Source: Amphiscolops sp. MND2022
Taxonomy: Eukaryota
Reading direction: 5' to 3'
Assembly: GCA_964187785.1 (NCBI GenBank)
Contig: OZ076410.1
Location: forward strand, 58,776,001-58,840,000
DNA: 64,000 nt
Below the pieces are notes generated by a model. That model was given only the letters and a program-made list of their open reading frames with translations. It did not search any database and was not told the origin of the DNA. Shown here in pieces: positions 1 through 12,033 of the stretch (position 1 is the first letter of the stretch; each line of letters starts with the position of its first letter). A program made the translations under genes and the position numbers.

Positions 1-804
1 CCGACTATTTGCCATTGATGTGACCCGAAGGTCATGACGTCATTGTATCTATAAATAGTTGATGCTATATTTAGAAGAGTTTTATATATTTTTAAATCAC
101 AACAAACACAAGTTTGCGAGTCATGCAATATCCAATATAAAAATACTCAGGACCTTAGGTCCAACAGAATTGAATACTGTTATGAACCGATACAGTTGTT
201 TTAATAAACAAACGTTGTTTTACAAGATAAAGGATTTCAATTAATTCTTCCCTTGTACAAGTCTTATGCCTTCTACTAGAAGACAAAAGCAAAAACTAGA
301 AAGTCTAGAGAAATGGACATGATGTCCGATTTCGATAACATGGACGTGATGATAGGGAATGAGAACACTAATCCTAATGAAAGAGAGTTAGCTAACGCAA
401 TTGAGGAATCATCAGTACCTGGAGACATTGAGTCCAATATGCATCCAAGAAATGAATTCAGAGAAACCAATTACGAAAATAATGATCAATGGCCAAATGA
501 AGCGAGAGACTATACGGAAACTTTCTCAAATGAGTTTAATCTGAAGTCATCTCGAGAATTGGATTCCATGATGAACTGCTATGATGCATTCTGATTGCAA
601 GTCCAGCAGTTTCTGATAGAGTAATTCCTGAAATAAAGAACATTATGAGTTCAATGTCTTCGTCGGGAAACAGGGACACTGAGGCCAGTGCGTCCCCAAG
701 TAGTCAGAATAGAGAGAACAATATTGGGTTAAAGACGAAAATTACAAGAAAGGACTCTAGGTCTGCTGGAGATCTGAGAAACACGGAAGATCTAGGTCCT
801 TACA
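1..804 (+). mobile_element. ORF-bearing LTR-like repeat (probable solo LTR; left end at or beyond the window edge)
   Basis: Decayed ORF from ATG 266 (MPSTRRQK-fs-AKTRKSREMDMMSDFDNMDVMIG...AVSDRVIPEIKNIM...DLRNTEDLGPY) is homologous to the ORF in the TSD-flanked repeat at 62125-62958. Homology ends at ...CCTTACA (804), a CA terminus. Confidence 0.5.
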
Positions 805-3102
805 TTCGTGAACTCTTTCTGGTGTCTATTTGTCTGGTTTTGTATTGATTCAATTGATTTTTTTCAATTGAAGTGAGTTTTTGATGAAGTACAGTAGGTT
901 TTAATCACGTCTTGTTGGAGGTCTAGGATCCCTCGGAGCCTTCAGTTTTGCTTCCTTATTTCCTGAAAAAATCCGTAAATAAGTTTTTCGAAAGGCAAGA
1001 ATATGGTTTTAGCTTTTCAAAAACTGCTGGGAAGTTTTCCAAAATGTTTCCGTGCAAGGCCCCCGATTTTTCCATGCGTTATAAAAAAAATAGGCCTGCA
1101 TGTATAAATGCAGCGAGGAAAACTTTCCGGCAGACTCGAATAGTGCATTCATAACTTTCTGTTTGAGATCTATCAATGGAAATCTTTGCTACTTTTAGGT
1201 TTCCATGCTGACTGCGAAATAGTCACAAATAGTCACTGCGACGTATCACGACCTCTTCAATTATTAATTATTGTTTTTCTTTTAGCTGCGTGTTTCCTTA
1301 TTCAGTTTTCCAAATTGTCGCTGCCTTTTTTAAAAATAATCGTGAGATGTTGTCATTTTTTGTGTATGATCTTTGCAAACAAGCATTCTTTTTTCTTCGA
1401 GAAAAAAAATGGAAATTCCGGTCGTTGCTACCACAAAGTTTGGAGGCGTGAAACAAAATCGAAAGCTTCGTTAATATTTAGAGATCACTTGTTTCTTAAT
1501 GATTTTTTCTTATTCCAACTTTGATTTAGAAAAATTATCAATAACTATTGAAGTCCATTCTCTGGCCCAAGAAACGCTGAGGCAAAAAGATTTGGCGACG
1601 ACTAACGTACATAGTTTGCCAAATCCTGTTTACAAAAACAAGCATGTCTGTTTTGCTGCACCGAGAACCATAATCAACATAGAACTTTTGCGTCTCGGGG
1701 TTCTACCAGGAAAGTGATGTATATATAATTGACTGTGATGTGTGCAGCATTCAATTAAAGTTGAACAATTTTTCTAAACTTTTCGTTCAAGTTCTATCTT
1801 GGTCGCCAAAAGGTTTACTTCGCACTGTTGTACTTCGCAAATTTATAACCAGAACTCATGCAGATTATTGGATATTCCTTTGTATCGAGTTGCTGGCGAC
1901 ACAGGTTTTGAACGAAAAAGAGAATAGCGTCTATGCAACAACTGTCATCTTTGTTGACAGATTTTGACACTCTCATTCTTGCGGCTGTCGATAATTTATG
2001 TGACTTCATAATGTTTTAAACGTAGCTTCGCGAAGGCTGGTACAAAGCTGAGCTGCGTTTTTCAATAAAAATGCCATGTTCCAAATTTATACCCAAATAG
2101 AGTCTCGTCCAGAGTTCAACTATCATAATCTTACTTTCCTGAGATCGATGAATTTGTAGAGATTTTAGAATTTTTGACCCCAAATTGACAGAAAATTGTA
2201 GATTTTTCAAATTTTAACGTCTTTCATGCAATTTTCGTAGTTTTCAAAAGATTTCGTCTATTAGAATGTTCAAAAAACGATAGAACTAATTACGAAGTAT
2301 GTACGCTTTTTAAAAGAGAAATTTCTGCTAGAATAGTACCTCAGAATGACCCCAATTCAGTAGATCAATTTTTGTGAAATTTCGACCGCTTTTGTGGCTC
2401 AGAATTTCCAAAAACTTTACAATCGAAGGGACTGGCTATCTATAGTACTTTTCTCTTCGAAATATATACAGTTACTTGTTAGAAAAGTGCCTAAAACACC
2501 CCCAAAACTCCAAAAGTTTCAAAATTTGCATGGCAATTTATTCCTAGTTTTTGCTCAGCTTATGGGCTATTTCGTAAAATAGAACACCCAGTGACCTCAA
2601 CATTGAAACAAAAGGTCATTCAGTACGCTTTTGAAACTGGAAAAATATATATTGTAACAGAAAAAATCCTCGAAATTTCAAAAGAAGAGCCAAAATTTTC
2701 AATATTGGGTAATTTTTGATAACACTCTCCCAATTTCGGACAAGTTTAGGATGTTTTTGTAAATTAGAAAATGCACAAGCGCAGCATTGAAAGTAGCTAT
2801 CCGCGCGCTTTTTGAAAGAGACATTAAAAAAGGTACAGAAAAGCATTCACTTTTCTCAAAAAACGTGAAATTACATATTTCGACAAACTCTGCAAAATAT
2901 TTAACGCATGTCGATGGAAATGAAAATTGAAACAGTTCAAATACAAAACAAATGCTTTTTTTCAGCATACTTTTCGAAAAAAATGCATACATTTTGATAT
3001 TTCGACGCCACGAAAAGACCTGCAAAAGACAAAAAATTGACGATTTCTGTTTTGTGTTAACGTTCTGAGCTCTTTTAGTTTGTTGCGAAAGATTTGAGTA
3101 CT

Positions 3103-3310
3103 TGTTGTATACCATTAGAATGCTTGATGAAAAAAGTTTATCATGTAAAAATTCAACTCTTCTCTAGCTCTGTTCTTTTTGTATTAGTATATAGGAAAGA
3201 ACATCATCTGCACTTATTTGGCAGGCAGGTACATATAAAAAGCATATAGACAATAAATAGAAATGAGGCAGACTAATTAGTTTCTAGATTCAGTTCGTCT
3301 GTCCTCCACA
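3103..3310 (-). repeat. Gypsy 3' LTR
   Basis: TG...CA termini; about 94-95% identical to 8934-9144 by manual count; preceded on the minus strand by the PPT. Confidence 0.95.
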
Positions 3311-3324
3311 TTACCCCCTCTACG
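3311..3324 (-). promoter_or_regulatory. Gypsy polypurine tract
   Basis: Minus strand CGTAGAGGGGGTAA immediately before the TG of the 3' LTR. Confidence 0.8.
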
Positions 3325-4215
3325 ATTGGTTGATGTTTGGCCAATGGGGGTGTTGTATTTTCTGTTGTGGCGGTTATTCCTCCACTGGTCCGATGTATGG
3401 TGGACGGTTGACCGTTCCTGACAAGTTTGTCTGTTTCGGTTGTTGATTGGTCGTAACGTCTGGATGCTTGTTTCTGACCGGTCTAGAGATCGTCTTCTTT
3501 CCCCTCCGGTTGTGCAATTGGTTGATTCGGTGTTGATTCCGAATTCAGTCTTCTTACGGTGTTTCCTGTAATCATGACAAATAGGGTTATTATATCTTAT
3601 AATTGGGTTGGTTTTTGTCAGTCTTTTCGATCTGCGTAAAGGTTCTTTTTGTTCAGTGTCAATTTCGGTACTTGATCTTAAATTGCTTGCTAGTTCTAGA
3701 TCAGAGTTTTTGAAGTTATCTTTTAAAGTATATGGCTTAACGTTGTTGTCAGAAAATACCTTACCGTTTTCGTCTCTGATTAAAAGTTCTTGAGCCGCTT
3801 GTTTAGCGTCTTCTATGGCACGGTCTATTTCCGTGTCCGTCATATTCTTGGGCGACTATCGTTAGTGCGCCTGGTGTGGTTGATGTCTGTGGGAAATTTG
3901 TTGAATTTGTTCGATCTTGGACCAGCTTTGGTCTGCTTCTCCCGAATGTGCTCTTGACGGTTGTATTTGCCGGGGGTTCTGGGGTCTTTGGACTCTCTGT
4001 GTCCATTGATGGCGTCTCGGCTTCGCTGTCCGATTCTATCACCGTCGCCCGTTTTTGTTTGGACGGTGATCTGATAAATCGGCCGTCTGGTCCGCGTGGC
4101 CCATTCCGTCTGTTGCTCTGCTCCTGGGAAAATTCAGAAATTGGTTTACAAATCATTTTCCAATGGAAAATTCTTCCGTTTGGCGTAGTTACGGTATGTT
4201 TTGTGCCCGATACTG

Positions 4216-5200
4216 CTAATTGTGGTTTTTCGGAATAAGCGCTTTCGAATTCGTTACGTTGATGTTTTTTTCTAGAAATAAAAAGGGATAGTTACTAACT
4301 CCTTTTGTGTTTTTCTTCGACTTCATTGGCAGCTGGTGAGACACACCGCCAGCTCCATTGAATGAGTATACCTGCAAGGTATCTGGTTTTGCTAAAACGG
4401 AATTGTCTGTTAGTTTTTTTAAATTATCAATCTTCAGTAAGTTACTTATTTCCGTGTTCGGTTTTCGGCCATAATTTAGTTCGAAAGCGGATTTTTTCAA
4501 ACGTGAGTGAGATGTTTTTCTCATTACATCTAGCGATAAGTCCAAGGCTTTGCTGAAGCGTTCTCCGGCTTTAATGTTTGTTATCAATTTTTCTTTCAAT
4601 GTTTTGACCCCCCGCTCTATCAGGCCGGGAGGGGTATGGATATACGGTGTCCCGTATATTAGTTTGATGTAATGTTTTTTACAGAAGTCTCTAAACAAAT
4701 GTCCCGTATCGGTTCTTATTGTTTTTGATATTCCGTTCAATTGGATGTTTTGTTCAAGAAATTTTATCGCTGTTTCGCCGTCGGTAGATGTACAAAAGTT
4801 TGCCGCTGGCCACTTACTGAACCGGTCCATGGAAAAAAAATGTGAAATCGACGGTTGTCTACCGTGATTGGTCCGATGAAATCCAATTGAATTTCTTCGT
4901 TGTGATTATCTAGCCGGGGAAGGTTATTCTTTTCCGTACTCGGTATGTTAGGTTTAATGTTCTTACCGGACATTTTGCAGGGAATGCATGACTCGCATTT
5001 CTTTTGGATAGCTTCCGTCATCTTCGGCCACCAGAAGTATCTTGCGGCAGCTGACATTTTGTTGATGGCGGGGTGGCCTTTATGGAGTAAGCTGATTATC
5101 GTTGTCCGGAGGTTCTTGGGGACGATAATTTTGTCTTCGATAAAAACCAGACCGAATCGGCTTGACAGTCGCTTTTTGTGATGTAAATACTCGTCTGGAT
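4216..5200 (-). pseudogene. Gypsy integrase (frameshifted)
   Basis: HKGHP...YFWWP...CESCIPC zinc finger; IQLDFIGP (D), IRTDTG (D), GLIERGVKTLK (E). Confidence 0.9.
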
Positions 5201-5942
5201 TTGGTCATGATGTTGGTTTTCGAGACAGACTAGTGTTTTCAGCAGTGTCGGGTCATTTGTAGTTTCGTTCATTAGTAGCTGCAAATCCGTTGAGAAGTTT
5301 CTTTCTGTTTCTCTTACGGCTTGTGCTAGATCCCAATTGTTTTCCTTTTGTGCTGCAATTTTCGGGGCGTGTCCCATTTTTACGTATTGCACGCTTTTCA
5401 CCCCTACATAAGATGCCCAGTTTATTGCGGGAACTTCGAGGATTGACGGGTCTAGGGTCGTCGCTGACTCGATTTCGCCTTCCTCCATTGGCGTAGGGGC
5501 GAATGGCTTTTGGCCCGGTAAGGCTGACGATGGGCCGGGTCGATTTTTTTCGACGGTCCATTGTTCAGATCTTCTGGTGTGGGTTTGGAATCCTCCGCTG
5601 TGTTGCGGACCAATTTGCTGTCTCAGGTCGCCTTGTTCTCGCCCCTTTATGGTTTGTTGTAATCTTTCTTCGATTACTTTTCGCTCGTTTCGTAAAAATT
5701 TTGGTTCGTGGTTTTTTTCCACTTCCCTCCGGTCATTCGTTAGATGCCGGGTTTAACGAGTTCTTTCCATCGGTGGATTAATTGAGTTGTTTCGGCGGAA
5801 AAGTCTACTGCTGCTAAATTGTCAAAGGTTTTGACGTCCATTTTGGTTTCAATATCGATTGGTATAAGGCGTGTTAACGTTGAGTTGTTAAGGCAATCAA
5901 TGGAAGTTTGCTTATGTGTGTCTTGCGGCCGTGATTTGTTAT

Positions 5943-6836
5943 TTACTTTGCGTTCGCTTTCGACTGTCTCGCGTTCTGATTGGTTAACGTGGTTGCTAAG
6001 GCAGCCGTGTTTGGAGATGATTTTGTAATGCGACATGATGTTGTTGATGACGTATTCTTCGTCGTACGCTTCGGCGTTGACGGATTTCTGCTCAAGTAAT
6101 CCGTGAGTGCTAATTGTATACCGGCGATATGGTTTACGTTAATCGTAAAGTGTGCCAACCGGTCCAACCATCTTGTTAACCGCGCGCTATACGTCTTATT
6201 GGATCGGTTTCTTTTTATTAGCGGTTCTAATGCTTGGTGATCCGTGAGTAATTTGATCGGCTTACCGTAAATGTATAATCGGAAGTGTTCTAATCCCCAA
6301 ACTACGGCCAGTAATTCGAGTTCTTCAAATGCATATATCTTCTCGGTATTTGAGAGAAATCGACTGGAAAAACCGATCGGTTTTAATTTTCCATCTGGTT
6401 GTTCTTGCCAAAGTGTTGCTCCGAGGCCTTTTGTGCTGGTGTCGGTTGTTATTATATTTGGGTAATCTGAGTTGTAATGAGCCAAACACGGTATTTCCGT
6501 GATTTTCTGTTTGAGATTTCCGAAAGCCTGGGTTTGTTTTTCCGTCCAAATCCAATCCTTATCTTTCTTTAGGAGTTGTCTTAAACTGTCCGTTTGGGCG
6601 GAGAGATTGTCTATGTTTTTAGACAAATATTGAAATGCCTCCAAGAACGATTTTAGTTCCTTTTCGTTGTTGGGTTGTTCCAGGTTTTTTATCACCTTTA
6701 GTTTGTCTTGCAACGGTCTGATTCCGTTTTGGTCTATTTTATGGCCAATCCATTTGATTTCTGATTTGAAAAATTTGGATTTGTTCTCGCTAAGTCTGTA
6801 ACCGGCGTTTTCTAGTCGGGTTAGTACTTCGATCAA
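5943..6836 (-). pseudogene. Gypsy RT thumb and RNase H
   Basis: ITTDTSTKGLGATLWQ, ELELLAVVWGLEHFRLYIYG, LLTDHQAL, LTDYLSR motifs. Confidence 0.92.
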
Positions 6837-6843
6837 TTCTTTT

Positions 6844-7545
6844 TTAGTGTTGTTCCTTCGAACATTTTGTTACGATGATAAGGTCATCTAACCATGCTGG
6901 GTGTTTATTTTCCAGTGTCTGGTCGATCTTTTCCTGGAATATGGTCGGTATATCCGCTAAACCGTAAAATCTTTTCAGGAAACGGTAGTAACCGGTGAAG
7001 TCGCCTCCGGTTACGGCAAAGATGCATAGGTTCCGTGCTTCTTTGGATAGGGTTAACTGGCCGTAAGCGTAATCCAAGTCAAGTTTTGAGGTCCAGATTT
7101 CGTCTCCTGGGCCGTCCGCAATTTTTCTGGAAATTCTGGAGATTAATTCTTCCATGTTCGGCATTTGAGTCTTTCTTTTTATGGTAATTTTGTTGAGTTT
7201 TTGCGAATCTAATGCGATCTTTACCGACTTATCTTTTTTTACTGTGATTACAGCCGGGCTAACGAAACAATTTTCGTCAATGTTATTTGCTTTTTCGATG
7301 TGTCCTTGTCTCATCAGTTTATTTATTTCTTTTCCGACCGATTGCTGTAAATGGATCGGTATTGGCCTTCCCTTTTGTGGTATCATTTTGGCACCGTCTT
7401 TAAGCTGTATTTTCACTTCGATTCTGTTTACAGTGTGGTTTTCGTTGAACAGTTTTTTGAATCTTCTTTTTAGTGTGGTTATATCCGGATCCTCGGTTAT
7501 ATTGTTTGTTTGTGGACCGATCTTTCCGGTGTCCAGTTTTTCCAT
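6844..7545 (-). pseudogene. Gypsy reverse transcriptase core
   Basis: GRPIPIHLQ, FVSPAVITVKKDKSVKIALD, SKLDLDYAYGQ, YGLADIPTIFQ; the catalytic motif reads WLDD. Confidence 0.92.
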
Positions 7546-7808
7546 CCACCCAGTTTTTCCATCCAGTCCAAACCTAAAAGGGGATTGGTGTTCTTTGTGG
7601 TTAACAGTATTTCAAGGTTGTTTCTTTCACCGTTTATTTCTACGGAGGCGGTTGTTTTTCCTTCAAATTTTATCCGGTTGTCATTCACGTCTCTGTATGT
7701 GGTTCCGATTGGCCTTGATTGTGTTATTCTGTTGAATTGTGATTTTGGAATTAAGGTTACCGGTGAACCGCTATCGATTATGAATTTGATTGGTCGGTTG
7801 TTCACCAA
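7497..7808 (-). pseudogene. Gypsy aspartic protease
   Basis: IIDSGSPVTLIP active-site motif and LLGLDWMEKL. Confidence 0.88.
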
Positions 7809-8800
7809 AACATTGGGCGGTGATGATGAAGAATTCCGGACCGTTCCTCTTGATTTGGCCTGTCGAATGGACCTTTTGGTTTACTGAATGGATCGTGTTC
7901 GGTGACCAATCATCGTCTTCCGCGCTGCTTGCCACATCATATTGTATGTGGTTTATTTTTTTGTTTGTTCTGCAATATTTTGCGTAGTGTCCAATTTTCT
8001 CGCATTTTGCGCACTTCTTTTCTTTAGCTGGGCATTCGTGTTGTCTTGTCCAGTTGGGTGCTCCGCATATGTTGAAATTTAGTTTCTCGAATTTTGTTGG
8101 TTTTTCCGACACTTCTTTTGTACCTTTTATTTTCTTTTTATTAAGGTATCTAATTTTCTTCTCTTCTTCTGTTTCTGGTGAGTCATTTAATTTTTCGTAC
8201 ATGTATTCATGTAATGCATCCGTTATTGCCTCGATTGACATGTCACTTTTTCTGATCTTCTTTTTGAGATCATAGTTGCCCGTTGATTTCCCAATCACGG
8301 ATAGGAATTTTGATGCTAAAAGTTCTGCTGCGGTTATTGTTTCAAATTCGCAGTTTTTCTCGACTTCTAGTATTCGTTTCCATACATCCGCCGCGGATTC
8401 TCCGTCTTCCCGTTTTAGGTCAAAGAAGTCGCTCTGCTGTGATGGACGTTTCTCTCCGGTGTGAAATGTAGTCGAAACAGTGTGTATAGTTTATATAACG
8501 GTAGTGAGCTTGGTTCTCTATCTCTAACCGTTTTGGTCACTTCCGTGATTGCGTTTTGTCCAATCGCCCATAGGAATATGTCCTTTATCTCCATTTCCAA
8601 TTGGTCACCGTATTGTGGTAGTATTTCTTTGTTGTTGTCATCTTTGAAAGATCCAGATCCTTGGTCATCTTTATATATTTTACGAACTTCCGCCACCACA
8701 TGTTGGCGTTGGTGTAATTTTGTTTTTCCAATGTTGGGATGGTAAATTTCTATGTGCACGTCCGTTCATTGGTTCTGTTTAGAGTATCGTTTGGTAACGG
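7771..8800 (-). pseudogene. Gypsy gag with zinc knuckles (frameshifted)
   Basis: Helical capsid-like region followed by (C)NICGAPNWTRQHEC and CAKCEKIGHYAKYC knuckles; lies between the PBS and the protease. Confidence 0.75.
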
Positions 8801-8915
8801 TTGATCAGCTAGGTGAGATTCCGTTGCCGTCCTGTTTGTGGTTCCATTCATTGGAGTGTTGGCTGTACTGTCATCCATGTTTGGAGTTGAGTACTTGTTC
8901 GTTGGTAACTCTATG

Positions 8916-8933
8916 GTTATGCTGACTGCGCCA
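8916..8933 (-). promoter_or_regulatory. Gypsy primer-binding site (possibly tRNA-Ser)
   Basis: TGGCGCAGTCAGCATAAC directly after the 5' LTR. Its complement ends GCUGACUGCG-CCA; the G discriminator fits Ser tRNAs (inference). Confidence 0.7.
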
Positions 8934-9144
8934 TGTTGTATAGCATTAGATAGCTTGATGAAAAGAGTTTATCATGTAACAATTCAACTATTCTCTAGCT
9001 CTGTTCTTTTTGTGTTAGTATATAGGAGAGAACATCATCTGCACTTATTTGGCAGGCAGGTACATACTATAAATAGCATATAGACAATAAATAGAAATGA
9101 GGCAGACTAATTGGTTTCTAGATTCAGTTCGTCTGTCCTCCACG
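8934..9144 (-). repeat. Gypsy 5' LTR
   Basis: Second LTR copy; terminal TG mutated to CG; flanked by TSD GTACT. Confidence 0.95.
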
Positions 9145-9484
9145 GTACTACTGAAATTAAAAATGAAACTGGCTGGTGAAATTACTCAATTTGAGAAAAA
9201 GTTTAGGTATTCTTTCAGAAGAATGCATGGAGAGAATTTTAAAATGATAAAAAGTTTCACATTTTTGCTGAAAAGACCCAATTTTTGTTAAACCAAATTG
9301 GAAGTTTCTATGGTTATGCATTCCACTAGATTTTTTGAAAACTAATTCATGTCTACTCAGCATATGTTTCTTGTGAGGAGTTTGAAATTTTCGGTTGAAA
9401 AACATCAATGAAATAATCTCAAAGGTGCATATGGATAAAAAATGGTTCCATATAGAAAACACTCAATTTCGCAAAGGCAATATA

Positions 9485-9664
9485 CAGTAGGTCGACGATC
9501 TCTGGGTCTTCACATCTCGGAAACAATGCACAATTGTTGGAAAATTCAAAGGAGAAAAAAAACGTTCGAGGTTCACATCTCGAACGATCTTTTCTTCTTT
9601 GAATTTTTAAACACTTGTGCATTGTTTCCGGAAATGTGAATTCCAAGCGATCGTCCACCTACTA
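9485..9664. mobile_element. Palindromic MITE, Tc1/mariner-like ends
   Basis: About 180-bp imperfect palindrome (CAGTAGGTCGACGATC...GATCGTCCACCTACTA) centred near 9575, with TA on both sides (9483-9484, 9665-9666). Confidence 0.65.
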
Positions 9665-10091
9665 TATTTTGCATTTGAGAAAATGGAGTTTTTTCAATGA
9701 AAAACTGTGTAAAAGGATTCAAAATTTCCTGTTTTTCACGACCACTTTGAAGTGGTTAAAGCGTTAGTCCTGTGTCAGCGCCGCAGAGTCAGGATCAAAT
9801 ATCTGTCAGCATTTTTGTATTTCGAACAAGCTCCTACTCTCTAGCGCGGTGGTATAGTCTAGAAAAACCAATTGACAGAGAAAACAAAAAGAGCAAGCAC
9901 GGTTAGTCACACTTTTGTGACATGGAGCGGTTCACCTCTTCAAGACACAATCAGTTGACAACGTGGCTGCACCTAAGGAAATGTAGCTTGCTTTAGGAAG
10001 ATAGTATCGACAAAAGTATCGATTTCTAAAATTAAGAAGTAACTAGACCCGGACCCCGCGTATTTTGAGATGACTTTTATAGTACGCGCTG

Positions 10092-10514
10092 TTATTTTAG
10101 TCGGGGTTTTTTATAACAAAAGAGCCCGGCTATTACAGTCACTCGTTTTTTTCTTCGACACAGACTCGAATGCGACGAAATTTTTGTTCAGGTTGTTCAA
10201 CTAAACAAATTCCTGGGAAACGCATCTAAGTAATTGCAAAGGGTCCCCATTCAATTTTTTTTCGGCGTTCCGAGACTTTTTTTCGATTTTTTGTCTTCAA
10301 AGGGTCCGCCCTTCGATTTTATTGAAGTCCCCTCGTAATATCCGGAGTTAAGCGCTATATCCGAACGTTATATTCGAAGTATATTGCGTTTTAGTAAGGA
10401 GGAGGCGGAGGTTCGAAAACGGGAATTTTTCATGAAAACCACCTACGCATATTTGAAAAACTGAGCTTTTTGAGCCTTAGATATAGCGCCGACCGTAGGC
10501 GTTCCCGTCTTGTT
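10092..10514 (+). mobile_element. Non-autonomous repeat, family B (Helentron/DINE-like structure)
   Basis: 5' TTTTAGTCGG; 3' AGCGCCGACC, short hairpin, CTTGTT. The 3' 50 bp match 56200-56247. Confidence 0.5.
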
Positions 10515-10680
10515 AGAGCCTTTGTTTTTCCTCTGTTTTTCCTTGATACATCTGAACCAGCCGAAATAGTTCCACAAACTTTTCAATTTTGGCAGAGTCT
10601 CTTTGGACTATCAACATGCTGCATTTAAATTGTAAAAACTGCTAAAGGGTTTCCTTCACAATAACGACAAGAAAATACAA

Positions 10681-10985
10681 TGTTGCGTTGGCAATAAGAT
10701 TGAAATAATTTTATCTAATTTTTCTTCGAAATAACTTCATGAAATCTGAAATACATAGTAAAAATTATGTTTTTGGAAATATCAGAAAGTTGTTTCTTTG
10801 CTATCTCGAAATCATGACTCATATTTGTTCATGTGTTTTATTGGTTTCTTTAAAAAGTATGCGAGATTCAGTTGTTGAATTATCTACCCATATTTTGTTT
10901 ACTCTCATTAAAACATTCTCTAGACTACGAACTTTTCCAAATAGAAGAAACGAGATATAATTTTCGCCAAGTTATATTCTTTTTA
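10681..10985 (+). repeat. BEL-outer 5' LTR
   Basis: Starts TGTTGCG; direct repeat of 27691-27993; followed by the PBS TGGTGGTCATAGAGAGG. Confidence 0.93.
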
Positions 10986-11002
10986 TGGTGGTCATAGAGA
11001 GG
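10986..11002 (+). promoter_or_regulatory. BEL-outer primer-binding site
   Basis: TGGTGGTCATAGAGAGG adjoins the LTR and shares CATAGAGAGG with the BEL-inner PBS. Confidence 0.75.
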
Positions 11003-11997
11003 CAAGTCGTCTACGTCTAGCAACAATACTTCTGACCCCAAGAGATCCTCAAGCAAAACGCCGAGTAGTAGCCCAAGAATCAGGAAAGCGGCTACTTCGT
11101 CATCACAAGGTGCTGGTGATTCGCAAGGGGGGTCACCCTTAGTTCCAAACGAGTCCCCCGAACTAGTTGTCCCGATATCAATCAAGAAGGAGCCATCCTC
11201 CTTGGCTGACAGTCTGAAGCCTGGAACCTCAAACATTGCTTCGACGACAGTAGTGGACCCCGGTACTGCGTCCGGGCATGTGAAAGCAAGCGATGTCGAC
11301 TTAGGCGAAGACCCCACCACCACTGAAGAGCTGCGCAGAAGGAGAGTTGTGAAGTTACAATCTCCAATTTCTCTCTCTAAAGACTTCGCTGATATGTTGC
11401 CCAGAACAGAGAATACTGCTGCTGAGTCCAGTAGCAGGTGTGCACAGATTCACGACATTTTCCATATCGCTTTTGAATGCATTACTGTCGGATGAAAGCA
11501 CCTGATTTTGCGGAGTGTTCAGAAGGTTTTCTTTCGAAAACTATTTTTTAAAATGTTAATATGATAACTTCAAAATATGGACTAAAATTTGTACTTCCTG
11601 CTGTGCTAATACTTCGAGATAGCGAATTCAGATTTGGAACGTAAAACAAAAGGTAAATTTTAACGATTCGAAAAAAACTTTCATCTGTGCTATAAAATTA
11701 GATATTTCGAGCTAGCAAGATTTAAAAAAATTAATTCCAGTTATTGAGTTTTTCCAAACACATTAAAAAAACTTTCCGAGTGGTTGAATAGTGAAACAGA
11801 AAAAAACCACGAGTTTTAAAAAAATCTTGAATAGTTCAATTTGCGCAAAGTATTGTTAAAAAAAACATCAGGATTTTTGTATCGCATATTCAAAGTAACC
11901 TTGTTTCCAAATTTAAAAAAACAATTGTTGCACCCGCGCTTTGGTGATCGTAAAAAAAGACTGAGTGTTCGATACTTTAATGTGAAAAAAAACACGC

Positions 11998-12033
11998 ATG
12001 GTATTCATCGTACCTGCTAGCTCTTTACACCAT
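11998..12033 (+). pseudogene. First 12 codons of the BEL-outer SGNH-hydrolase-like accessory ORF (MVFIVPASSLHH)
   Basis: Removing BEL-inner and one TSD copy joins it in frame to 20603. Matches MVFILGASSLHH of the BEL-inner ORF. Confidence 0.85.

Larger units (their letters stand above)
3103..9144 (-). mobile_element. Full-length Ty3/Gypsy LTR retrotransposon, decayed by frameshifts and stops
   Basis: Direct repeats at 3103-3310 and 8934-9144. 5-bp TSD GTACT at 3098-3102 and 9145-9149. PBS and PPT present. Domain order gag-PR-RT-RH-IN on the minus strand. Confidence 0.95.

Noticed and set aside
3608-8745. Numerous plus-strand ORFs over the Gypsy element (likewise antisense ORFs over both BEL elements)
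   Set aside because: Antisense shadows of the real pol/gag frames.
10681-10985. Solo LTR interpretation of the 10.7-kb repeat
   Set aside because: It is followed by a PBS, shares TSD TACAA with the 27993 end, and the accessory ORF reads across the nested insertion, so it is the true 5' LTR.
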